DNA from: a virus
IMG/VR virus record: IMGVR_UViG_3300032144_000007
Coordinates: 764 to 64,763 of that record
Length of the DNA stretch: 64,000 bases
Reading direction: 5' to 3' (one strand)
How positions within the stretch are numbered: position 1 is the stretch's first letter; each line of letters starts with the position of its first letter. Under the pieces are notes generated by a model. It was not told the DNA's origin. It did no database searches and saw nothing but the letters and a program-made list of their open reading frames with translations. The translations under genes were made by a program, and so were the position numbers. This document shows positions 54,626 to 63,860 of this stretch, piece after piece.

Positions 54626-56076
54626 GCATCGGCGAAAGCCTTCTCAATCCAGACCAGCAAAAGGCGGTCGAGAACTGCGCCGGGAAACTTCGCGATGGCG
54701 AATGGGCGCGGCTGGAGGGACCGGCTGGCACCGGCAAGACGTTCACGGCTGGCAAGGTTCTTCCGCGCATCCCGATCATGGCGCGCGACGTGCTTGGCTG
54801 CACCCTGTCGCATACCGCCGCCAAGCAGCTGCGCAACCGCGTCAAGTTCTCGGTGACCACCGTGGCGTCGTCTATGTACAAGCATGTCAAGGTGGACACG
54901 ACGCAATCCGACATGGCCTTCAAGGCGCTGGAGCGATCCGTGGTCGGCGGCGACATCGACCGGGAAAGCGACCGATACCGCGATCTCTATGACGATGCCG
55001 AAGCGCTGATGGATGACGCCTTCGTTCTCAATCCAGAAGGCCGAGTCGCCAGCCTGACGGAAGATCAGCTGCTGATCATCGATGAGCATTCCATGGTGCC
55101 GCCAGAGGTTTTGCCGTACCTTCGCGAACACCTTAAATGCCCGTTGCTCTTGCTCGGCGACAGCTTTCAGCTTCCGCCGCCTGGTTACCGTGAAGGCGCT
55201 TTCGTGGACGTTCCGATCACTCATGAACTATCGACGATCATGCGTGGCCTTGGCACCAACATCCCTGAGATCGCCATGCGCTTCAGGAAGGGCGCACCGC
55301 GCTTCATGGATGGCAAATATGGTGACTTCGGCGTCCACACCCTGAATGCGCCGGACCGGCAATTCTGCCTTCGACAGTCGGCATGGAAGAAGATCGGCGA
55401 GCAGTCGGACATCGTTCTCGCGCCGCATCACGCCACTCGCATGCACATTATCAAGAACGTCCGCCATGCGCTCTACGGCTGTGGACTGGATCGCCCGGTC
55501 ATGCCGGGCGACCGATTCCTTGTGAAGTCGCGCAACGATCTCGGACTGGAAAAATCCACGCTGATGACAGTCGGAAAGCAGCTGGCATTCCCGCCGCCAG
55601 ACGCCGAACGTCCGCCGTCAGGATATCTGCGCCTCGACATCGTCGATCAGGAGATGCTTGCCGAGTTCTGGCACTCACGCCGGTTCAAGGGCATCGTTGC
55701 CGGTCGCACGCCGGAGAAGTTCCCGCCAGAGCCGGTCTACTTCCCGGTGACGATGCTGCAATGGGCGTATCAGTCGAGCAACCAGCGCCACGGCTATGAC
55801 CGGGCGCTCAACATGGCCCGCAGCAGCGCCGCCCGCTTCAAGCGCAAATATTCGGGCTACATCACGGACGAATGCGGGATGGTGGCGGTCATCGAATATG
55901 GATGGGCGGTCACCGTGCATAGCGTTCAGGGAGGTGAATATGACCGAGTCTTTCTCTTCTACCCCGGATGGGGCGCACTCCCAACCGGGCACGAAGCTCG
56001 ACGCCTCGTCTACACCGGAATCACCCGCGCCAAACGCAATATATGGCTTTTACGAACGCCCGGCTGTTTCGATTAA
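54622..56076 (+). CDS. RecD/Dda-like SF1B helicase
   Basis: GPAGTGKT, LLIIDE.SM, GD..QLPP, YGWAVTVHSVQG.EY, YTGITRAK. Confidence 0.9.
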   Translation: MSIGESLLNPDQQKAVENCAGKLRDGEWARLEGPAGTGKTFTAGKVLPRIPIMARDVLGCTLSHTAAKQLRNRVKFSVTTVASSMYKHVKVDTTQSDMAFKALERSVVGGDIDRESDRYRDLYDDAEALMDDAFVLNPEGRVASLTEDQLLIIDEHSMVPPEVLPYLREHLKCPLLLLGDSFQLPPPGYREGAFVDVPITHELSTIMRGLGTNIPEIAMRFRKGAPRFMDGKYGDFGVHTLNAPDRQFCLRQSAWKKIGEQSDIVLAPHHATRMHIIKNVRHALYGCGLDRPVMPGDRFLVKSRNDLGLEKSTLMTVGKQLAFPPPDAERPPSGYLRLDIVDQEMLAEFWHSRRFKGIVAGRTPEKFPPEPVYFPVTMLQWAYQSSNQRHGYDRALNMARSSAARFKRKYSGYITDECGMVAVIEYGWAVTVHSVQGGEYDRVFLFYPGWGALPTGHEARRLVYTGITRAKRNIWLLRTPGCFD

Positions 56077-56086
56077 AGGAACCGAA

Positions 56087-57643
56087 ATGCTCAAACAGAT
56101 GACCCGCCGCGAGATCAACCTAGAACCGGGATGCGAGGTTGAGATTTGCCGCGCCGTCGAGGATGCGATCCTTGAAAACCGGTTGCCGGTCTATGTGAAG
56201 GCCGGGATGCTGGTCGAGGGGCTGGAGGCGGATACGCTGGTGGCGGACGACGGCGAGTACCGCACCGGTCGCGCCGTCCGGCTGTTGCCCATCGACGTCC
56301 AGCGCATGAAACACATCATGGGCGAGACCTGCATGTTCGTGAAATGGGACAAGAAGCAGAAGGACTATGTGCCAGCGGCGACGCCCATCGATATCGCCTA
56401 TCTGATGCTGGCGCGGATCGGACACTGGCCGTTCCCGGAAGTCACCAACATCGTCGCTTCTCAGACGCTGACGAAGCAGGGCGACATCGTCAACGAGATC
56501 GGCGTGCACCGGCAATCGCGGCTGCTGCTCGCCAAGCTTCCGCTGTTGCCGTCAACGGTCGTGTCCGGCGAGAAGGCCGATGCGATCGAGGCGATGGACG
56601 TCTTGAACGGGCTGCTCGCCGAGTTCGAATTTGTCGGCGAGGAAAGCCGGTCGGTGGCGCTGTCGATGCTGCTGACACCGGTCTGCCGTGGCATCATTCC
56701 AATGGCTCCGATGCACGCTGTCACCGCGCCGACGCCGGGATCGGGAAAGAGCTACCTGTCGCGGCTCGCCAGCCTGATCGCCACCGGAGCGCCATGCCCG
56801 GTCATTCCGCCAGCCCGCGACGAAGACGAACTGGAGAAGCGGCTGACGGCGGCAATGCTGGCAGGCACATCGATCATCTCGCTCGACAACGTCACCGGGC
56901 GGCTCGGCTCGTCGCTGTTGTGCCAGGCGCTGACGGAACCGGTCATCGACGTGCGCCCGCTCGGCACATCCAGCCTATCGACCATCGAACAGCGGGTGAC
57001 ATGGTTCGCCAACGGCAACAATCTGGCGATCATCGACGACCTGACACGCCGGACATTGCTGGCGAAGGTGGACCGCAACGAAGAGAACCCGGAAGAGCAT
57101 GACTATCGCCAGCGCCCGGACAAGGCGGTACTGGCGGATCGTGGCCGCTATGTGCATGCGGCGCTTTCGGTGGTCGGCAACTATCTCAAGAGCAAGGGGA
57201 AGGTGCGGCTACCGCCGCTGGTTTCTTATGAACACTGGTCGAAATCGGTGAGGGAAGCGCTGGTCTGGCTTGGATATGAGGATCCAGTTCTGTCGATGCG
57301 CAACGTCAAGGAAAACGACCCGGAAAGGAACAAGCGGGAAGCTGTCTTTGCCAACTGGCCGGAAGCGGCACTCGGAGTCACCAACAACGTCAATCTTCTT
57401 ACGGTTGCGGACCTGATCGAAGCGCCGGGCAAGTCATCGGGCGATCTACAGGGATGGAACGACGCCCTGAAGCAGGTGGCCGGGAACAACAAGGGCGAGA
57501 TCGACAAGATGCTTTTGGGCAAGTGGTTGGGCAAGCAGAAGGACCGGGTGTGCGGGGGAAGAAAACTGGTGAGCCAGATGGACAGCCATCGAAAGATTTT
57601 GAAGTGGGGCTGCATCGTGGTCGAGGGCGGAACACTGCTGTAA
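56087..57643 (+). CDS. P-loop replicative helicase/primase-type ATPase
   Basis: APTPGSGKS, ISLDNV, ANGNN, D..RR; AAGGA SD at MLKQ. Confidence 0.75.
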   Translation: MLKQMTRREINLEPGCEVEICRAVEDAILENRLPVYVKAGMLVEGLEADTLVADDGEYRTGRAVRLLPIDVQRMKHIMGETCMFVKWDKKQKDYVPAATPIDIAYLMLARIGHWPFPEVTNIVASQTLTKQGDIVNEIGVHRQSRLLLAKLPLLPSTVVSGEKADAIEAMDVLNGLLAEFEFVGEESRSVALSMLLTPVCRGIIPMAPMHAVTAPTPGSGKSYLSRLASLIATGAPCPVIPPARDEDELEKRLTAAMLAGTSIISLDNVTGRLGSSLLCQALTEPVIDVRPLGTSSLSTIEQRVTWFANGNNLAIIDDLTRRTLLAKVDRNEENPEEHDYRQRPDKAVLADRGRYVHAALSVVGNYLKSKGKVRLPPLVSYEHWSKSVREALVWLGYEDPVLSMRNVKENDPERNKREAVFANWPEAALGVTNNVNLLTVADLIEAPGKSSGDLQGWNDALKQVAGNNKGEIDKMLLGKWLGKQKDRVCGGRKLVSQMDSHRKILKWGCIVVEGGTLL

Positions 57644-57653
57644 AAGCCTTCCC

Positions 57654-57850
57654 CGCACCCCCGCAGATCGGATTCAGTCTTTCTATACACTTAACCCTTC
57701 GGGTAACCCCTTTAGCGGGTAAAAGCGGGTATAGTCTCTATAGTCGTGTGAAAAATAGTGCTGCATTGCACAATCGTATTGCGTTGCAGCGTTATTTTAT
57801 AATGGGGTGAGTCAACCTATACCCGCGAAACCACGCACCCCCGCAAATCG
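57654..57850. repeat. Putative replication origin / control region
   Basis: 17-bp direct repeat CGCACCCCCGCA(G/A)ATCG at 57654 and 57834 flanking an AT-rich core. Confidence 0.45.
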
Positions 57851-57927
57851 CATCTTTCCCGAAATCGTCTTGTCGCTTCGAACCTTTTGGGTAAAGATCG
57901 CCTGTTCCAAAAAACAGGAGAACAAAA

Positions 57928-58386
57928 ATGCAGGAGTTATTCAGCATCCTTCGCGACTGCTGCTTCGAGTTCCGCAAGGGGCCAGAGGTTACAACCAAAA
58001 GGATCGGCATCGTCGAGGTGACGGAAGTCTTCGCCATGCCGCACGTCGATGAAGCGTCGCCTGCCCTGGCACAGGTTGATTGCCACTATCTCATCATCGG
58101 CGTCGATCCAGAGCGTGCGGTGTGCGCCCGTTCCACACTTGTTCCGATCCTCGACCAGCATGCCGACTTCCTTCGCACCGGACCGAGTTACATCACAGTC
58201 GCCAACGAGTTCCAGATGGAGCAGGGCACGGCGTTCCAGCTGATGGCGCTCGGCGAAGTTCTCGGCTTATGGGATGTCATCACGCCAGCCCGGCTGAGGA
58301 TCGAAGGGGAAGACGCCGAACAGATCGCAGGGAACGGCGGCATCTGGATTTCCACCTACCGCAATGTGAAGGAGCAGGCGGCATGA
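57928..58386 (+). CDS. Hypothetical protein
   Basis: AGGAG SD; GPSYI..G...L.LMALG..LGLW.V.TP motif. Confidence 0.7.
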   Translation: MQELFSILRDCCFEFRKGPEVTTKRIGIVEVTEVFAMPHVDEASPALAQVDCHYLIIGVDPERAVCARSTLVPILDQHADFLRTGPSYITVANEFQMEQGTAFQLMALGEVLGLWDVITPARLRIEGEDAEQIAGNGGIWISTYRNVKEQAA

Positions 58387-58790
58387 CCATCACCATCCCG
58401 GAACACGTCACCAGCATCAACACCGACCGGCTCCAGATGCCACGGCTCGCCAAGCCAGCGATCTTCCCGCACAAGCAGGGCAAGTTCGTCATGGTCCGCA
58501 AGGCCGGTGAGGATGTCACCCGTCTCGGCCTGATGCTCGGCGAGATGCCCATCTCGGTCATGGCGCTTCAGGAGCCGAACGAGCAGGACACCGTTCGTCT
58601 CGTCCCTGCCATGCACAACCCCTGCATCTACGTCTTCGACACCTGCCAGCTGGTCTATGGCATCGAAAGCTGGTGGGGCGAGATCGAGACCGAAGGTCAG
58701 CTGCGCCAGATCACTGACGGTGACATCGACAACGTCTGGTACGTGAAAGCGCTGAAGCAGCTTCAGGACGAGAAGGGCGATGTCCAATGA
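58383..58790 (+). CDS. Hypothetical phage protein
   Basis: NP.I.V....V.G.ESWWG.I..I.D.DI motif. Confidence 0.7.
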   Translation: MTITIPEHVTSINTDRLQMPRLAKPAIFPHKQGKFVMVRKAGEDVTRLGLMLGEMPISVMALQEPNEQDTVRLVPAMHNPCIYVFDTCQLVYGIESWWGEIETEGQLRQITDGDIDNVWYVKALKQLQDEKGDVQ

Positions 58791-59050
58791 ACGAACGCAG
58801 GATCACCATCACCCTGATCGATGGCAGGAAGAACATACGCTGGTTTGCCACGCTGTTCGGCATCGTCTTCTCGGTATGCGGCCCGATCATGCTCGGCGTC
58901 CTGCTCGACAGCACCGCCATGCAGTGGGTCGGCTTCCTGTTCGGGATGCTCTGCATCGTCGCCATCATCTATCGCGATAGCCGCAGCCACACCTTCGACA
59001 ATGTCGAGGCTGCAAAGCGCCGCCTGGATGAATGGGAGGAAGGCAAATGA
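58787..59050 (+). CDS. 2-TM membrane protein
   Basis: Two hydrophobic helices. Confidence 0.65.
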   Translation: MNERRITITLIDGRKNIRWFATLFGIVFSVCGPIMLGVLLDSTAMQWVGFLFGMLCIVAIIYRDSRSHTFDNVEAAKRRLDEWEEGK

Positions 59051-59313
59051 TCACCAAGCCTGCACTGGATGCGCTGCTGGCGGAAGTCGCATCATCCGAC
59101 CGGCCACAGGATGCCGCCATGCTGATCATCGGCATGATGTGCGGCCAGATCACCAAGGCGACGGGCAATAGCGAATACATTGCCCTGATGCGACACATGG
59201 TCCAGATCGCCGACAAGGAGAAACCCGGTTACCAGCCGGTGCACTCGATCATCGACGAGATGACCGCCTTCCTCAGAACCAAGTACATCGAAAACATGGA
59301 GCAGACATCATGA
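59047..59313 (+). CDS. Hypothetical protein
   Basis: ATGA coupling. Confidence 0.6.
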   Translation: MITKPALDALLAEVASSDRPQDAAMLIIGMMCGQITKATGNSEYIALMRHMVQIADKEKPGYQPVHSIIDEMTAFLRTKYIENMEQTS

Positions 59314-59666
59314 ACGACGTAAAAGCCGAAGCGGACCTCACCCGCGACCTCGCATCGAAGCTGGCCTCGCCATCGGGATTGGGGGGTAGTGTCGTCACCC
59401 GGCCACCAGCCTTCAAGGCCACCGGCAAGGGCGGCACCATCGACCACCTCGACAGTTCGCTCCAGAAGCTGTTCACCGCCTATCAGGACATGCGCGGGCT
59501 GGCTGACAGTCTGGTCGGCAAGGAGACGGAAAAGGGCCAGTTGAGCCTGACGTTCGAAAAGGGTGAAGGGGCTCTGATCGGGCAAGTGCATCTGGCGGCA
59601 CAGGACGTCGAGAACTTGGCGCTGGCTGTCAGTCAGGAAGTGGCCCGTATCCGGGCCGGTTTATAA
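59310..59666 (+). CDS. Hypothetical protein
   Basis: ATGA coupling, GGAG SD. Confidence 0.6.
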   Translation: MNDVKAEADLTRDLASKLASPSGLGGSVVTRPPAFKATGKGGTIDHLDSSLQKLFTAYQDMRGLADSLVGKETEKGQLSLTFEKGEGALIGQVHLAAQDVENLALAVSQEVARIRAGL

Positions 59667-60106
59667 GCGATGTCCGATGGCATGTTGCAGCCAAGGATCG
59701 AGGGAATGCGGCCATCGTGGACGGCGATGGCACCGGTCACGGATTTCTGGCAGAATGGAGGTGCTGATTGACGAGCCTGATCTGCTTCCAATCTGTGAAC
59801 ACGCGCACTGGCCGGGAAAAATCGCCCGGCCATTTTTTTTGCGCGGTCCAAACCGGGCTTCAAAATTTTTTTTCAAAAGCGACCGGGGTAGGGGGGGTCA
59901 CCCGTTTGCTACCACTTTCGCAACCGGATGCAACCGCTCGACGCCCATCGATGCAACCTGATAGGCCAAACCGCCATATTTGCCCGGTGACGCGCGTTTG
60001 CGTCGGGATGTCCGATCATACCGGACACCCCCATGAATCGCGTCGTTGCCCGGTTCCCATGGCGCGCGTGCGCATTGCCGCGATTTTCCGCGCGCCCTGG
60101 ATTCCG

Positions 60107-60364
60107 TCATTCGTGCATGATCGAAAGCGCATAGCCGATAGGGCATGACTCGCCCCAATCCAGCGCATAGAGTTCGGCGATACGGTCGCGCACAATTGCC
60201 GCCTCTGGATCGGTAAACAGACGCGCGCCGCCAATGCCGGTAACGATGCTTTCCGGGCTATCCTCAAAGTGGAACATGAGCCCGGCTCGACATAGCCGTT
60301 GGACCCATAGCATCCCTTCAAACCGGTTTTTGATTGGTTCTCTGAGATTGTCGGGCAAGGTCAT
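60107..60364 (-). CDS. Hypothetical protein
   Basis: L.FHFED motif; last gene of the right-end leftward block. Confidence 0.6.
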   Translation of the reverse strand: MTLPDNLREPIKNRFEGMLWVQRLCRAGLMFHFEDSPESIVTGIGGARLFTDPEAAIVRDRIAELYALDWGESCPIGYALSIMHE

Positions 60365-60828
60365 GGTCTACGCTCCAGTTGTTTGGAGATAGCCGCGCTT
60401 TGCGCCTTCAGGCTTGCCAGACGTTCGGCATAGAGCGGATGCGACCAGACACGGTCTAGCGCCTCTTGAATGTCGCGGACGGCAAGCGGCTTTGATGACG
60501 AAAGCGCGATGGCGCACAAGTCGCGGTCATAGCGCTTGCCGATCAATTCGAAATACCCGCGCGCGAACGCTTCCAAGTCGTCACCCGCTAGGATGTCGGA
60601 TTGCATGCGGGTATCCGTCCACAGCATGCGTTCAAGCGCTTCCAAGTCGTCGGAAACGCGTTCAAGATTGCTGATCAAAAGCCAATGCTTTCCAAGCGAA
60701 TCGTCGATGTCGGCAATCTGCAAGCCGTCCAGATATGTGAAGCCGGTAACCGGTTCGCTTTCGTCGCCATAGGTTTTCGACACGTCGCCATGCGTTCGCG
60801 ACGCTTGAAACTCTCTGAATGTCGTCAT
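60361..60828 (-). CDS. Hypothetical protein
   Basis: AAGG SD at MTTFR. Confidence 0.65.
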   Translation of the reverse strand: MTTFREFQASRTHGDVSKTYGDESEPVTGFTYLDGLQIADIDDSLGKHWLLISNLERVSDDLEALERMLWTDTRMQSDILAGDDLEAFARGYFELIGKRYDRDLCAIALSSSKPLAVRDIQEALDRVWSHPLYAERLASLKAQSAAISKQLERRP

Positions 60829-60864
60829 GGTTTTCCCTTTCTTGGATGAACTCAGCAAACGGCA

Positions 60865-60887
60865 AAACCGGCCTTGAAGGCCGGTTT
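60865..60887. terminator. Hairpin (possible terminator)
   Basis: AAACCGGCCT-TGA-AGGCCGGTTT. Confidence 0.55.
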
Positions 60888-60903
60888 GCAGTTGGTGAAT
60901 GCA

Positions 60904-61278
60904 TCACGCGTGAAAGGTCGCCAAATCGGATTTGACCGCATCCGTAAGCCAATCGGCCTTTGCCAGAATGTCGCGCACTTGGAACGATGTCAGGCAATCC
61001 GTGTAATAGCCTTCGTTCAATTCATGCGCGCCTAATAGCCATGTTTCCCCATAGTAATCGATATCCTCTTGTGTGAGATCATGCCCGGCATTGGAGTTGG
61101 TTATCCAAAGCACATAGGGCGTATCGGGAATGACCCTTTCCCATGCTGTGCACCCGCCGCCTGTATGCGTGAGATCGAATCCAGCGGCATGGAATAGCTT
61201 TCCATCTTCCGTCGCTATTGCAGCGTCACGCATGGCGTCAAACCATGTCCAGAATTTATCAGACATCGCCATCACCAT
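60904..61278 (-). CDS. Hypothetical protein
   Basis: HTGGGCTAW motif. Confidence 0.65.
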   Translation of the reverse strand: MVMAMSDKFWTWFDAMRDAAIATEDGKLFHAAGFDLTHTGGGCTAWERVIPDTPYVLWITNSNAGHDLTQEDIDYYGETWLLGAHELNEGYYTDCLTSFQVRDILAKADWLTDAVKSDLATFHA

Positions 61279-61645
61279 AGGCCGACGGGATTCGCTTGCC
61301 GGTATGGCTGCAAGTCAAGTCGTCGTCTTCATAGTTGATGTCGCATCCGACCACTCGCCAGCCATCGTTTGAGCGATGGGCAATCGAGTCCAGAACGTCG
61401 CGCAAGTTGTCACGAACGGCTTCAAACGAAAGCGCTTCGCCATCGCTGGCGATGAAATAGAGCGGATAACCACCAACGTCCGAACATGCGCCCGCGCGCA
61501 AGGTCGCCTTTAGTTCATGGGTGGTTTCGATCCGCTGGAAATGACCGCGATAAACTGGACGAATCGGCTTTAACAAATGCCACTCGTGAGGGCGCGTGTC
61601 ATACAAGCCGTTATCACTGGACGCGACGAAAAAATGATCTTTCAT
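61259..61645 (-). CDS. Hypothetical phage protein
   Basis: GGYPLYFI..DG..L..C.H.G..I.SAYG motif. Confidence 0.7.
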   Translation of the reverse strand: MKDHFFVASSDNGLYDTRPHEWHLLKPIRPVYRGHFQRIETTHELKATLRAGACSDVGGYPLYFIASDGEALSFEAVRDNLRDVLDSIAHRSNDGWRVVGCDINYEDDDLTCSHTGKRIPSAYGDGDV

Positions 61646-61657
61646 GACAAACCCCTA

Positions 61658-62020
61658 TCAGGCGACGTTGTGGAAAATGGAACCGTCAAGGCGGACGGTC
61701 CGGCAATCGAATAGGCACTCTTTCGCGCCACGGATGGAATTGGCGGCATGCCCGGCAAAGTAGGAACCGTTGCGCTTGTGCGTTGCGGCTTCCAGCCTGT
61801 AGCGCCTTGCCCATGCCAGATCGTTGACGACGCGCGAAAGGGTCGAGCGATCCGCAATGATCGATGGCTGAATGTGCAAACCACTATCGCGACCATTGGC
61901 GAAAAGATGAACCGTCCAGTATGTGCCGCCATGGTGCACCATTTCGGATTGCGCGACCCTTCCCGCGCGACGGTTTGAGCGGATGTAACGGAAAAGGGTT
62001 TTCCAGTCGTTGCGGTTCAT
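61658..62020 (-). CDS. Hypothetical protein
   Basis: 120 aa, operon packing. Confidence 0.6.
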   Translation of the reverse strand: MNRNDWKTLFRYIRSNRRAGRVAQSEMVHHGGTYWTVHLFANGRDSGLHIQPSIIADRSTLSRVVNDLAWARRYRLEAATHKRNGSYFAGHAANSIRGAKECLFDCRTVRLDGSIFHNVA

Positions 62021-62598
62021 CGTGCGAGACTCCAGCGGCGCATTACGCGCAAGTTGTAACGGTATGGGGCGGATTCCAGTTCGCGCTTTAATGGCGCATA
62101 TTCCGCCTCAGTCGCGGCTTTCGTGGTCGCGTACCAATCGCGCGAACATGACGAATGTTGCCCCATATGGGCGTAGCATCCAACGTCGCCATTGCGTTCA
62201 ACCTGATCAGGGAAAACCGCGACGACTTCGCCACGATCCATGCGGAAGATAACGCGCGTTTCCGGTTCCTTGCCCGGCTGTGGCCCGTAGAAGCCGGAAC
62301 CGTCGCGCGTGGCGACCGCTTGCCCCAATCGGCGAATGGTCGCTAGGCGGGAATACTTAGGCGCATTGGCATAGGCCAAATCGCTTAGGCGGGTGACTTC
62401 CTGAGACCAGAACCGCAAAGCGTCCTTAACCTCAGCCGGGAAATGGTCGCGAACACATCCGCTGATCAATGCGCCATGGTCGCCATAAGCATCCAAGGCA
62501 ACGGCGGCTTTCGCCTTGTGCATGCGCGATGCACTGCAAGCCAAAACGAAAAAGGTTTGCGAGTTGGTGAATTTGGGATTGTCCAGAACGGCTTTCAT
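62017..62598 (-). CDS. Hypothetical phage protein
   Basis: C-terminal VIFR...GEV.A.FP..CY.H.GQH..EY..LK.EL motif; GAGG SD at MKAV. Confidence 0.65.
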   Translation of the reverse strand: MKAVLDNPKFTNSQTFFVLACSASRMHKAKAAVALDAYGDHGALISGCVRDHFPAEVKDALRFWSQEVTRLSDLAYANAPKYSRLATIRRLGQAVATRDGSGFYGPQPGKEPETRVIFRMDRGEVVAVFPDQVERNGDVGCYAHMGQHSSCSRDWYATTKAATEAEYAPLKRELESAPYRYNLRVMRRWSLAR

Positions 62599-62605
62599 GG
62601 TCGCC

Positions 62606-62830
62606 TCACTTGCCGAACGCGTTGACGCGCAATGCGCCAATAATGACGGTTTGGAAGTCGCCAGCCTTGCGCGCGACCGTGGCGCGACCGTCGCGGAAAA
62701 TCCGCAAAATCGACTGATCAGGGAACGTATATTCCCGCATATGTTGATTGACGTTGCGACGCTTTGCCGACGCATCGACATTAAACGCGGATGCGTTGCG
62801 GATGCGGTGGTACTCAGTTTCAGCTTGCAT
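62606..62830 (-). CDS. Hypothetical protein
   Basis: GGAG SD at MQAE; first gene after the 62.9 kb promoter. Confidence 0.5.
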   Translation of the reverse strand: MQAETEYHRIRNASAFNVDASAKRRNVNQHMREYTFPDQSILRIFRDGRATVARKAGDFQTVIIGALRVNAFGK

Positions 62831-62888
62831 TTGCCTTGCTCCAGTTCGCCAATGGGGAAAACCCATGGAACGCGTTGTTCATGGGTTT

Positions 62889-62940
62889 TATATAGATGCA
62901 AATTTGAATGATAGCAAGCGGGAATTTACCGATTAGGTAC
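62889..62940 (-). promoter_or_regulatory. Sigma70-like promoter with palindromic operator candidates
   Basis: TTGCTA(62917-62912)-17 nt-TATATA(62894-62889); CAAATTTGCAT in spacer; GTACC-N5-GGTAA upstream. Confidence 0.65.
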
Positions 62941-63205
62941 GAATAAGTTTCCCCATGATCGTACCTGTAGCGCTTGGCACGATTGCGCGCCCTAGCGTTC
63001 TCAGCGCGCGTTCTTCGCTGAATTGGTAGCGTGGTAGCAAGGCATAGCTCCAGATGAATGCCCTGCCATCGTCGTCAATCTGGCGACCCATTGGGAACCG
63101 GCGAACGTCGTTGACATCCGCCAAACCCAAATCAGGCACGTGAGCCCATTTGTCATGGCGACCGTCTATCGATTGCTTGAAGGCCTGATAGATGCGATTC
63201 GTCAT
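62933..63205 (-). CDS. Hypothetical protein
   Basis: Start MTNRI, coupled to upstream gene. Confidence 0.5.
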   Translation of the reverse strand: MTNRIYQAFKQSIDGRHDKWAHVPDLGLADVNDVRRFPMGRQIDDDGRAFIWSYALLPRYQFSEERALRTLGRAIVPSATGTIMGKLIRT

Positions 63206-63426
63206 GGCGTAGCATCCCAATGTTCAAACATTTCCGACGCGATGGCGACCATATCCGCCCATCGTCCAGACTCGTTCTCGACTGGCAAGCCGCGCGAAAG
63301 CCGCTCCAGTTCAAGCGGTGAAAATTCCCTTTCGGCAAGGAAAGCCGTCATGGGAACCGTTTGCATTTCGCCAGCTGGCGAGCGCAAAAGGAAATATCGA
63401 GTCGTCATGAGTGCATCCGTTTTCAT
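63202..63426 (-). CDS. Hypothetical protein
   Basis: Start MKTDA, GGGG SD, ATGA coupling. Confidence 0.5.
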   Translation of the reverse strand: MKTDALMTTRYFLLRSPAGEMQTVPMTAFLAEREFSPLELERLSRGLPVENESGRWADMVAIASEMFEHWDATP

Positions 63427-63860
63427 GCGTGTATTTCCCCATCGTCGCCAACGTACAAATCGACGTTGCCGAATGCCCGCGCTTGTTGGTCGAGAATGCT
63501 TGCCGCCGGTTCGGGCCAGTCGCCATCCCAAAAACCGGCACCATGGCCGCAACGCGTGAGCCAAAAATCATGACCGGCCATGGAAGCCTCACGCGCGCCA
63601 ATCGATCCATCCATGTCATTCGCCAATGGCGCGTCGTCGCAATGGATGTGTTCCGAATTGGCCTGATAGAACATGGCGCAATCTTCCAGCATGGAAGCGC
63701 GCAACGCGTCGGAAAGGTCCGATTCGTCATGGTCGCGGTCAAGCGGTTCGTCGTCGTCGCCATTGGACGACCACAGCGCGCAACCAACGTAAGAGCGGTA
63801 GAAATGCCATTCGGACGAACCGGGCTTTGCCATCGCGGTTTTTACAGTCTGGATATCCAT
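63423..63860 (-). CDS. Hypothetical phage protein (GHDFWLTR.GHG.GFWD family)
   Basis: Y...ALWSS ... AGHDFWLTRCGHGAGFWDGDW motif; GAGGG SD. Confidence 0.75.
   Translation of the reverse strand: MDIQTVKTAMAKPGSSEWHFYRSYVGCALWSSNGDDDEPLDRDHDESDLSDALRASMLEDCAMFYQANSEHIHCDDAPLANDMDGSIGAREASMAGHDFWLTRCGHGAGFWDGDWPEPAASILDQQARAFGNVDLYVGDDGEIHA

Noticed and set aside
55796-56086. Longer N-terminus for the P-loop ATPase
   Set aside because: It would overlap the helicase by up to 280 nt; the ATG at 56087 has an AAGGA SD right after the helicase stop.
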